Shown piece after piece: positions 7,862-15,246 of a stretch of DNA of 19,195 bases. The notes under the pieces were generated by a model, which was not told where the DNA came from, did not search any database, and was given only the letters and a program-made list of their open reading frames with translations. This DNA is from Thermodesulfobacteriota bacterium (GTDB lineage: Bacteria > Desulfobacterota_D > UBA1144): positions 1-19,195 of the forward strand of contig JAQWMJ010000046.1 of the NCBI GenBank assembly GCA_029246845.1, given 5' to 3'. Each line of letters opens with the position of its first letter. Positions within the stretch are counted from its first letter, which is position 1. A program made the position numbers and the translations under genes.

Positions 7862-7959
7862 GCTGGCTGGTCATTTTGATGACGGTCTATTGTTAACTCC
7901 GCCAGGACAGAGATGTAGCAACGGTAGCAATTAGGATTGGGTATCTTTGATTAGCCAGC
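7862..7959 (+). ncRNA. ffs: Small bacterial SRP RNA (4.5S)
   Basis: Long hairpin with terminal pairing GCTGGCTGGTCA/TGATTAGCCAGC and helix-8 signature CAGG-ACA-GAGA-TGT-AGCA. The position between tRNA-Ser and dnaX is a known conserved context. Confidence 0.93.
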
Positions 7960-7975
7960 CATTTAAGAGTTTGAT

Positions 7976-9568
7976 ATGTCATATAAAGTTTTATCTAGAA
8001 AATATAGACCAAAGATTTTTGCTGAAGTTGTGGGTCAAGAAAATGCGTTAACTATATTAAAAAGCTTCATTCAAACCAAAGCTATACCTCATGCATTAAT
8101 TTTTTCCGGATCAAGAGGCATAGGTAAAACTTCACTAGCAAGAATCTTTGCCAAGACAGTTAATTGCATTGAGTTGCAAGCGAACAAGGATTGTTTAGGG
8201 TGTAGTACATGTTCAAATATTGATGAAAATAAGTCCTTAGATGTAATAGAAATTGACGCAGCCTCCAATAATGGTGTTGATCAAATAAGAGAAGTTATTG
8301 AAAGTTCGAATTACTCATCTATTAATTGCCAATATAAAGTATTCATTATAGACGAAGTTCATATGCTATCTAAAGCAGCATTTAATGCACTGTTAAAGAC
8401 ACTTGAGGAGCCAAATAAAAATACTATTTTTATCTTAGCAACAACAGAAGTAGAAAAAATACCGCTTACAATATTGTCGAGATGCCAAGCTATAAATTTT
8501 AAAACATTAGAGAAAACTACATTAATAGAAAACTTGAAGAATGTATGCGAGAAAGAAAATATCTCTATTGACTCGGATTCACTATCTCTAGTTGCAGAAG
8601 AATCTCGTGGCTCAGCTAGAGACTCTTTGGGAATACTAGAACAACTCATGACATCTTTAGACAAGAATATATCTATTGATAAAGCAAGGAAGATTCTTGG
8701 CACTACAAGTAATCAGATTTTATTTCAAATTTCCAAGAACTTACTAATGAGTAATACAAGCGAGTGCCTTAAAAACTATGCTCAGATAAATAACAACGGA
8801 TACGATTCTAAAAAGTTTATACACTCTTTGTTGAATTATTTCAGATCCGCAATCTACTATAAGCTGGGAATACAAAATGAAATTGAAGATATAGTTACTA
8901 TCCAAGAATCTGAAGTAATAGAACTAATTAAATATGATCTTGAATTATTTGAAAACTTATTTGATGAACTTATAAAATTGTACGAAATGATTAGTAGAAC
9001 ACAAAATGTAAAATTTTTAATTGAGTCAAATTTAATTAAATTATGTTTAATATCGAACTACTTAAGCTTTGATGAAATTATCGATGGTGAAAAAATCAAA
9101 GAAGAAATAGTATCATCAGAAATCGAAATCAATAATTCTAAAAAAAAGGTTCTCAAAGAGAGTGAAAATTCAGGTCAAAAAAAAAATCAAAAAATAATAA
9201 CTAGTGAATTCTCTTCAATTAAATTCTTGGACAACCTAAAAAAACTAGGAGATGAGAATTTTAAATTACTTTCTGGGTGCTCTTATAAGACTGACAAATC
9301 AAATGTAACAATTACTACTAGTAGTGGTCTAATACATGAAATACTAAAAGAAACAGAAAAAGTTATAGTAATTGAAAAATTAATTAAAGATTTCTTTAAT
9401 GCCGACTACAAAGTCAAAATTCTTTATATAGAAAAAGAAGATGATTCTAAAGATTCTGAAGATTTTAAATTTACAGAAAAAAAAGATAAACTATTTGAAT
9501 CAGAAACTATGAAAAATTTATTTAGTACATTTGACTGTAGAGTGCTAAATATTGAAAAGGATAAATAA
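7976..9568 (+). CDS. dnaX: DNA polymerase III subunit gamma/tau
   Basis: YKVLSRKYRP, Walker A GSRGIGKTS, four-Cys zinc module, EIDAASNNGVD, DEVHMLS, LLKTLEEP, SRCQ. Confidence 0.98.
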   Translation: MSYKVLSRKYRPKIFAEVVGQENALTILKSFIQTKAIPHALIFSGSRGIGKTSLARIFAKTVNCIELQANKDCLGCSTCSNIDENKSLDVIEIDAASNNGVDQIREVIESSNYSSINCQYKVFIIDEVHMLSKAAFNALLKTLEEPNKNTIFILATTEVEKIPLTILSRCQAINFKTLEKTTLIENLKNVCEKENISIDSDSLSLVAEESRGSARDSLGILEQLMTSLDKNISIDKARKILGTTSNQILFQISKNLLMSNTSECLKNYAQINNNGYDSKKFIHSLLNYFRSAIYYKLGIQNEIEDIVTIQESEVIELIKYDLELFENLFDELIKLYEMISRTQNVKFLIESNLIKLCLISNYLSFDEIIDGEKIKEEIVSSEIEINNSKKKVLKESENSGQKKNQKIITSEFSSIKFLDNLKKLGDENFKLLSGCSYKTDKSNVTITTSSGLIHEILKETEKVIVIEKLIKDFFNADYKVKILYIEKEDDSKDSEDFKFTEKKDKLFESETMKNLFSTFDCRVLNIEKDK

Positions 9569-9569
9569 T

Positions 9570-9893
9570 ATGAAAATGCCTGGGAACATGAAGAGTATGA
9601 TGAAGCAAGCTGAAAAGATGAAAGTTCAAATGGACAAGCTCCAGGAGGAAGCTGGGAATAAGACTTTAGAAATTTCCACTGGCGGTGGAATGATCAAAGT
9701 TACGGCCAAGTGTAATGGGGAAATCTTAAACATAGACATAAATGATGAAATAATTTCATCTGGCGACAAAGAAATGCTTCAAGATTTAATTCAAGCGGCC
9801 GTAAATGAGGCTCTGGTAAAAGGAAAAGAAGAAGTAAGCAACGAAATGTCACGTGCCGCAACATCTTTAGGAATACCACCAGGATTCCTCTAA
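9570..9893 (+). CDS. ybaB: YbaB/EbfC nucleoid-associated protein
   Basis: MMKQAEKM...GGGMIKVT...DKEMLQDLIQAAVNEAL, located between dnaX and recR. ATG 9570 (8 nt after AAGGA) preferred over the track's TTG 9552. Confidence 0.95.
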   Translation: MKMPGNMKSMMKQAEKMKVQMDKLQEEAGNKTLEISTGGGMIKVTAKCNGEILNIDINDEIISSGDKEMLQDLIQAAVNEALVKGKEEVSNEMSRAATSLGIPPGFL

Positions 9894-10499
9894 ATGACAA
9901 AGAACTATCTTCCAAAGGAACTTATAAGACTTGTTGAATCTCTTTCTAAGCTTCCAGGTATTGGAGAATCAACTGCATCAAGGCTAGCTTTACATTTAAT
10001 GAGAAAGCCTTCTGATCTTAGCGTAGAGATTGCAAAATCACTTATTGATGCAAGAAAGAAAGTGAGAACTTGTACTAACTGTAATAATTTTATGTTCGAT
10101 GATGAATGTAGTTGCTCTGATTCGTCTAGAGATACAAGTTTGCTATGCATCGTAGAGAATACAGTTGATGTGATGTCTATTGAAAATAGTGGAGAGTACA
10201 ATGGTCAATATCATGTTTTACAAGGTCTATTGTCTATTTCACAAGGAATTAACCCCCAAGATCTTAAAATTAATCAACTAATTTCCAGAGTAAAAAATAA
10301 GGAATTTAAAGAGACGATATTAGCTACGGACCCCACTAGTGATGGAGAATTTACAGCACAATATATCTATGAAAAAATAAAAGATTTTTGCCCAATGATA
10401 ACTAGAATAGCGATAGGAGTTCCTATAGGATCAGAAGTTAACTATATTGATAAAAACACTTTAGCAAAATCATTAATAGACAGAAGGAAGATTAGCTAA
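9894..10499 (+). CDS. recR: Recombination mediator RecR
   Basis: LSKLPGIG helix-hairpin-helix, Cys cluster, LCIVE, YHVLQG, ITRIAIGVPIG. Confidence 0.97.
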   Translation: MTKNYLPKELIRLVESLSKLPGIGESTASRLALHLMRKPSDLSVEIAKSLIDARKKVRTCTNCNNFMFDDECSCSDSSRDTSLLCIVENTVDVMSIENSGEYNGQYHVLQGLLSISQGINPQDLKINQLISRVKNKEFKETILATDPTSDGEFTAQYIYEKIKDFCPMITRIAIGVPIGSEVNYIDKNTLAKSLIDRRKIS

Positions 10500-10586
10500 A
10501 TCAATAATAAGTTAATTTTGTAACCTTTTAGTTTCTTACATTTGAAGTACCAAAAAATAACTCAATTTTTATAATTTAAATGTAAT

Positions 10587-10619
10587 TTGAAATATGGACC
10601 TATTTGATCCATATTTCAA
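10587..10619. promoter_or_regulatory. Perfect 12-bp inverted repeat (9-nt spacer) abutting the etfB -35
   Basis: TTGAAATATGGA-cctatttga-TCCATATTTCAA, with no U-tract on either strand. Function (operator or hairpin) not determined. Confidence 0.55.
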
Positions 10620-10621
10620 TC

Positions 10622-10650
10622 TCGACAAGAAGCTTATATTAGTTTACAAT
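10622..10650 (+). promoter_or_regulatory. Sigma70-type promoter for etfBA
   Basis: TCGACA-17 nt-TACAAT, each hexamer 5/6 to consensus. GGAGG RBS at 10678-10682. Confidence 0.7.
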
Positions 10651-10688
10651 TTTTAGGTTTTTTTTATTTAGAAAAATGGAGGTAAAGA

Positions 10689-11525
10689 ATGAAAATCGTA
10701 GTACTCGTAAGACAAACACCTGATACAGAGGCACAAATTACTGCTAATTCCTCAGGTAATGGAATAGACGAAAGTAGCATGAAATGGATATTGAATCCTT
10801 TTGACGAATTTGCGGTTGAAGAAGCTGTTCAAATTAAAGAAAATACAGGAGCTGAAGTAATTATCCTTGGAGTAGGTCCAGACAGAGCCTTAGAAACTAT
10901 AAGAACTGCTTTAGCAATGGGCGGAGACTCAGCTATACACATTAAAGATGATAATTTTGGAGACACTGACTCCTATGCTACCGCTAAATTAATCGCGGCA
11001 AAAATTAAAGCTATAGGTGACGTTGATCTAATTCTAGCCGGTAAAAAATGGATAGATGAAGAATCGGGCCAAGTTCCAATACAAGTAGCCGCAGAATTGA
11101 ATATACCTCAAGCTACAATTGCCACTAAGGTTGACATAGATGAAGCGACAAAGACTGCGAAGGTTCAATCTGAAATAGAAGGTGGACAAAGAATTATAGA
11201 ATTAAGCTTCCCAGCTTTAGTTACAACAGAAAGAGGGATCAATGAGCCTCGTTATGCATCACTTCCAGGAATTATGAAAGCAAAGAAGAAGCCTTTGGAA
11301 GAAGTAACCCTTGATACTATAAACTTAGAAGAACTAGGGTTAACTGCAGAAAGTCTAGGGGTAGCAGGTTCAAGATACAAGGTCGACAACATTGACATCC
11401 CAGTAATTAATAGAAGTTTAAATGTCTTAAAAGGTGGTAATTCTGATATGGTTGAAGCCGGTGAAGTTCAAGCAGCAGCAGAAAATCTAACAAAACTTTT
11501 AAGGGAAGAAGCAAAAATAATCTAA
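10689..11525 (+). CDS. etfB: Electron transfer flavoprotein beta subunit
   Basis: MKIVVLVRQTPD, NPFDEFAVEEA, ALAMG, NEPRYASLPGIMKAKKKP. Confidence 0.97.
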   Translation: MKIVVLVRQTPDTEAQITANSSGNGIDESSMKWILNPFDEFAVEEAVQIKENTGAEVIILGVGPDRALETIRTALAMGGDSAIHIKDDNFGDTDSYATAKLIAAKIKAIGDVDLILAGKKWIDEESGQVPIQVAAELNIPQATIATKVDIDEATKTAKVQSEIEGGQRIIELSFPALVTTERGINEPRYASLPGIMKAKKKPLEEVTLDTINLEELGLTAESLGVAGSRYKVDNIDIPVINRSLNVLKGGNSDMVEAGEVQAAAENLTKLLREEAKII

Positions 11526-11535
11526 GGAGAAAAAA

Positions 11536-12513
11536 ATGAGTGAAATTTGGGTATTAGTAGACACAACAGCTGATGGCACAATAAGAAATATTACATATGA
11601 AGTGTTAACAGCCGCTGTAAAGCTTAAAGAAAAAAATAGTGCAACAGTTGCTGCAGTTTTCATAGGTGAAAGTGCAGGATCAATAGAAACAGATCTAGGT
11701 AAATATGGAGCAGATAAAGTTTATAAAATTGAAAATCCTGCTTTAAAAGACTTTAATCCTAGCGCATATGCTTCAGCATTTTCAGAAGTCATTAAAAAAC
11801 ATAACCCTGATATTATCCTTGGTGGTAATACATTGCAAAATCAAGATTTCCTACCTAGAGTCTCAGCCCTAACATCAGGTGGCTTGGTTCTAGATGCTGT
11901 AGATGTAGATATAAGTGCTTCCTCTACTCTTGCTATTAAAAGGTATAGATATTCTGGGAAGTCAATTTCTGGTATGACATTTCACGATGTAAAACCTATG
12001 ATTGCCACAATCAGACCTAATACTTTCAAAGCTGCAGAAAGTGCAGGAGCTGGAGAAGTGGTACAAGAGTCAGCTGAAGTACCTGCACAAGATAATATTA
12101 AAATTCTTGAAACTAAGCTTGTACCAAAGGATAGACCTGAACTTACTGAAGCAGATAAGATTGTTTCAGGAGGTAGAGGAGTCGCAAGTACAGAAAACTT
12201 TGAGCTTATATTTAATATTGCCGATAGCATTGGAGCTGGTGCTGGAGCATCAAGAGCTGCGGTTGATTCAGGTTTTGTACCGTATGAAATGCAGGTAGGT
12301 CAAACTGGTAAAGTTGTCGCACCTAATCTTTATATAGCCGTAGGAATTTCTGGTTCAGTTCAACATTATGCTGGAATGGGTTCATCTAAAGTTATTGTAG
12401 CTATCAATAAAGATCCTGATGCACCAATATTCCAGAAGTGTGATTATGGAATATGCGGTGACCTTTTTGAAGTTCTTCCTGCTCTTACAGAAGAATTTAA
12501 AAAATTATCATAA
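11536..12513 (+). CDS. etfA: Electron transfer flavoprotein alpha subunit
   Basis: IVSGGRG, GASRAAVD, QVGQTGKVVAP, GISGSVQH, AINKDPDAPIF. AAGGAG RBS. Confidence 0.97.
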   Translation: MSEIWVLVDTTADGTIRNITYEVLTAAVKLKEKNSATVAAVFIGESAGSIETDLGKYGADKVYKIENPALKDFNPSAYASAFSEVIKKHNPDIILGGNTLQNQDFLPRVSALTSGGLVLDAVDVDISASSTLAIKRYRYSGKSISGMTFHDVKPMIATIRPNTFKAAESAGAGEVVQESAEVPAQDNIKILETKLVPKDRPELTEADKIVSGGRGVASTENFELIFNIADSIGAGAGASRAAVDSGFVPYEMQVGQTGKVVAPNLYIAVGISGSVQHYAGMGSSKVIVAINKDPDAPIFQKCDYGICGDLFEVLPALTEEFKKLS

Positions 12514-12524
12514 TAATCTAGAAT

Positions 12525-12567
12525 TAGATATAAAGTAAGGTTTGAATATTTCCTTACTTTATATCTA
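12525..12567. terminator. 16-bp perfect inverted repeat between convergent etfA and murI, overlapping the murI stop
   Basis: TAGATATAAAGTAAGG-11 nt-CCTTACTTTATATCTA. The position suits a bidirectional terminator, but there is no clear U-tract. Confidence 0.55.
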
Positions 12568-13342
12568 CAAGTTTGATTTTAAAGTCTAACTTTTTAAAAA
12601 TCTTATTAATTACTAATTCAAAATAGTTGGACTTATCAGTCAACAAAACACTTCTTTTCTTCTTAGTAGTTTTAAATTCTTCAGAATAATTATCTAATAA
12701 ATATGTCTTTAATGAAGATGTAATTTCTAATGCAGAATCTATCAAACAAACATCTTCTCCCATATAATGTCTAATATTTTTTTTAATTAAGGGATAATGA
12801 GTACAGCCAAGAATTAAACTATTTAATCTCTTATTCTTAAAGAACTTCAAATTCTCTTCAATTATTTTGTCATAATATTTTTCCTTAGCCAATCCCTGCT
12901 CAATGATTGGGACAAAAATAGGACAGGCTTTACTGTAAACTTTCACTTTCTTACTATTGGACTGAATCATCTTATTGTAGGATGCGCTACTAATAGTAGA
13001 GCTAGTGCCTATGACCCCTAAAATTTTCGGATTTGTTTTAAGAGCTGCTTTTACACCTGATGAAATAACATCAAAAATTGGAAGTTTATATTTGGACCTT
13101 AACAGGCGAGTCGAATAAGATGAAGCGGTGTTACATGCTATGACTATTATTTCACAATCTAAAGATTTAAGTAGTTCAACGTTATTGATTGAATACCGGT
13201 CAATAGTTCTCTTGGACTTAATTCCATAGGGTAGTCGGGCTGTGTCTCCCAGATAAATTATCTCAAAAGAAGGTAAAGCTTTTGATATCTCTTTAAATAC
13301 TGTCAGCCCACCGATTCCAGAATCAAAAATTCCTATTTTCAT
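12554..13342 (-). CDS. murI: Glutamate racemase
   Basis: IGIFDSGIGGLTV, PYG, IACNTAS, LGCTHYP. Confidence 0.98.
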   Translation of the reverse strand: MKIGIFDSGIGGLTVFKEISKALPSFEIIYLGDTARLPYGIKSKRTIDRYSINNVELLKSLDCEIIVIACNTASSYSTRLLRSKYKLPIFDVISSGVKAALKTNPKILGVIGTSSTISSASYNKMIQSNSKKVKVYSKACPIFVPIIEQGLAKEKYYDKIIEENLKFFKNKRLNSLILGCTHYPLIKKNIRHYMGEDVCLIDSALEITSSLKTYLLDNYSEEFKTTKKKRSVLLTDKSNYFELVINKIFKKLDFKIKLVDIK

Positions 13343-13360
13343 TTACTTTTTTCCCATAGA

Positions 13361-14698
13361 CTAAAATAGATTCCTAATTTCCCTAATATGTTCAATTTCT
13401 TTTATGATTAATCCTTTAATTGAACTTTTTATATCTTTTTTAGAATTTTTTGGAACAATACAAGTCTTAAAACCCAACCTTCCAACCTCTTTAATTCTTT
13501 TTTCAATATTATCAATTTTTTTAACCTCGCCACTCAAACCAAGCTCACCTATAAATACATTTGCATTTGAAATAGGTAGGTCTTTAAAACTTGAATATAT
13601 CGCAACTGCAGTGGCTAGGTCATTCGAGGTATCTTTAACTTTTATTCCTTTAGTTAAGCTTATAAAGATATCTTTATCCGAGAGTTTCACATCACAATAT
13701 TTTTCTAAAATAGCTACCAATAAATTAACTCGATTATTTTCTATTCCAGTGGAATATCTTTTCCCAAAAGACATAGTTGGCTTGGAGACTAAAGACTGAA
13801 TCTCTACCAACATAGGCCTTGTTCCTTCGTGAGTGGAAGAGATAACCGACCCTATTGATACCTCTTCTTGATTCGAGATAAACAAACTTGTCGGATCTAT
13901 TATTTCCTCTAAACCTTTATCAGTCATATTGAAAATACCAATTTCATCAGTGGCACCAAAACGGTTTTTAGAGGTCCTTAGTATTCTCAGGTTTCCAGTA
14001 TCAATTTTTTCAAAATATAAAATTGTATCTACTAAATGCTCTAGCACTTTGGGTCCTGCTATTATCCCCTCTTTGGTTATGTGCCCTACCAATATAAGGG
14101 TAAAGTTTAACTCCCTCGATAGCTCTGCTAACTGATTAGAACAATTTGTTACCTGATTAACTGAGCCTGCAATACTTGAACTACTTTCGATACTTTTAAT
14201 AGTATGAATTGAGTCTATAACTACGAATCTAGGTTTCTCTTGTCTTATTTGTCCCATAATGACTTCTAAAGTACTATCTTCAGATAAAATCATATAATCT
14301 GAATTAGTACCTATTCTCTTGGCACGTAATTTTATTTGCTTTTGAGACTCTTCACCAGAGAAATACATAAATTTAAAATTATCCCTAGCTAATCTGCCTA
14401 ATTGGAGCGCTAGAGTGGATTTTCCTATTCCGGGCTCACCACCAATAACGATAGAAGAGCCTAAAATAAATCCTCCGCCGAGAACCCTGTCTATCTCGGA
14501 AATATTGCTTGTATATCTAACATTACTCTCAACCTCAATTGACGACAAACTTGCCGGCTTGGTCTCTTTTCCTTCAATTGTACTTCCTGGTTTTGAAATA
14601 CTCTCGTTAAGTTCGGTGATACAGTTCCACTCTTCACAGATATCACACTTACCTTGAATTTTTCTATATTTTTTTCCACATGAGCTGCATTGATACAT
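13361..14698 (-). CDS. radA: DNA repair protein RadA/Sms
   Basis: C4 zinc finger, GEPGIGKSTL, GHITKEG, GPKVLEHLVD, KNRFG, GELGLSGE. Start placed at ATG 14698 (MYQCSSCG); the track's 14728 is the alternative. Confidence 0.96.
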   Translation of the reverse strand: MYQCSSCGKKYRKIQGKCDICEEWNCITELNESISKPGSTIEGKETKPASLSSIEVESNVRYTSNISEIDRVLGGGFILGSSIVIGGEPGIGKSTLALQLGRLARDNFKFMYFSGEESQKQIKLRAKRIGTNSDYMILSEDSTLEVIMGQIRQEKPRFVVIDSIHTIKSIESSSSIAGSVNQVTNCSNQLAELSRELNFTLILVGHITKEGIIAGPKVLEHLVDTILYFEKIDTGNLRILRTSKNRFGATDEIGIFNMTDKGLEEIIDPTSLFISNQEEVSIGSVISSTHEGTRPMLVEIQSLVSKPTMSFGKRYSTGIENNRVNLLVAILEKYCDVKLSDKDIFISLTKGIKVKDTSNDLATAVAIYSSFKDLPISNANVFIGELGLSGEVKKIDNIEKRIKEVGRLGFKTCIVPKNSKKDIKSSIKGLIIKEIEHIREIRNLF

Positions 14699-14839
14699 GA
14701 TTATTACTATACTACATATCTCTAACATAAACTCCGGATCTAGAGGTTAGTAACGAAAAAAAGGAAGTGACAAAAAGCAAAAATTAGTTAATTTAAGTAT
14801 TGAGCTCCTTTCATGATGTTTTTTTTACGGGGTGACATC

Positions 14840-14873
14840 TTGCTTAAGGGGCTTTTTTCATTGTAATATTACA
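14840..14873 (+). promoter_or_regulatory. Putative promoter TTGCTT-18 nt-TAATAT, with the palindrome TGTAATATTACA over the -10
   Basis: -35 at 14840-14845, -10 at 14864-14869, palindrome at 14862-14873, and a GTG start 6 nt after the -10. Confidence 0.5.
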
Positions 14874-14875
14874 TA

Positions 14876-15055
14876 GTGGAAAAAATCAAATTAGTAGAAC
14901 CAATTTCTGCATACCATAAAGAGTGTCCCAGCTGTGGAAGCAAATTGTTTCCAGTTGTTCATGAGAATTTAGACAAAGAAGATTCTGAGGATAGTAAAGC
15001 TGATAAAGAATGTCATTGTTGTGGTAAAAAATTCATGGTTCTATTTGGATGCTGA
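14876..15055 (+). CDS. Small zinc-ribbon-like protein (59 aa), absent from the ORF track
   Basis: Manual translation: MEKIKLVEPISAYHKECPSCGSKLFPVVHENLDKEDSEDSKADKECHCCGKKFMVLFGC. Two CxxCG knuckles; its TGA lies 1 nt before the next ATG. Confidence 0.78.
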   Translation: MEKIKLVEPISAYHKECPSCGSKLFPVVHENLDKEDSEDSKADKECHCCGKKFMVLFGC

Positions 15056-15056
15056 T

Positions 15057-15242
15057 ATGCCATATATAAATGTTAAAGTTGCCGGAAAATTAACCCAAAA
15101 ACAAAGGAAAGACATAGTTAAAGATATAACAAATACTATGCTAAAGGTGGCAGGAAAACCTGCCTCATCAACATATGTTCAAATTGATGAGGTACCTAGG
15201 AACCAATGGGGTGTTGGTGGCAAAATGCTTTCTGAAAAATAG
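15057..15242 (+). CDS. 4-oxalocrotonate tautomerase family protein (61 aa)
   Basis: MPYINVKV gives the catalytic Pro1 after Met removal, which fixes the start at 15057 rather than 15021. C-terminal VQIDEVPRNQWGVGG signature. Confidence 0.93.
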   Translation: MPYINVKVAGKLTQKQRKDIVKDITNTMLKVAGKPASSTYVQIDEVPRNQWGVGGKMLSEK

Positions 15243-15246
15243 GAAC

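Noticed and set aside
14788..14838. 16-codon minus-strand ORF (MSPRKKNIMKGAQYLN) and an AAAGGAG with no canonical start downstream
   Set aside because: No RBS for the ORF and no recognisable features; cannot be supported without conservation data.
15050..15076. Selenocysteine read-through of the zinc-ribbon TGA (GC-U-YAIYKC)
   Set aside because: No convincing SECIS hairpin follows the TGA, and TGA-T-ATG is an ordinary coupled gene junction.
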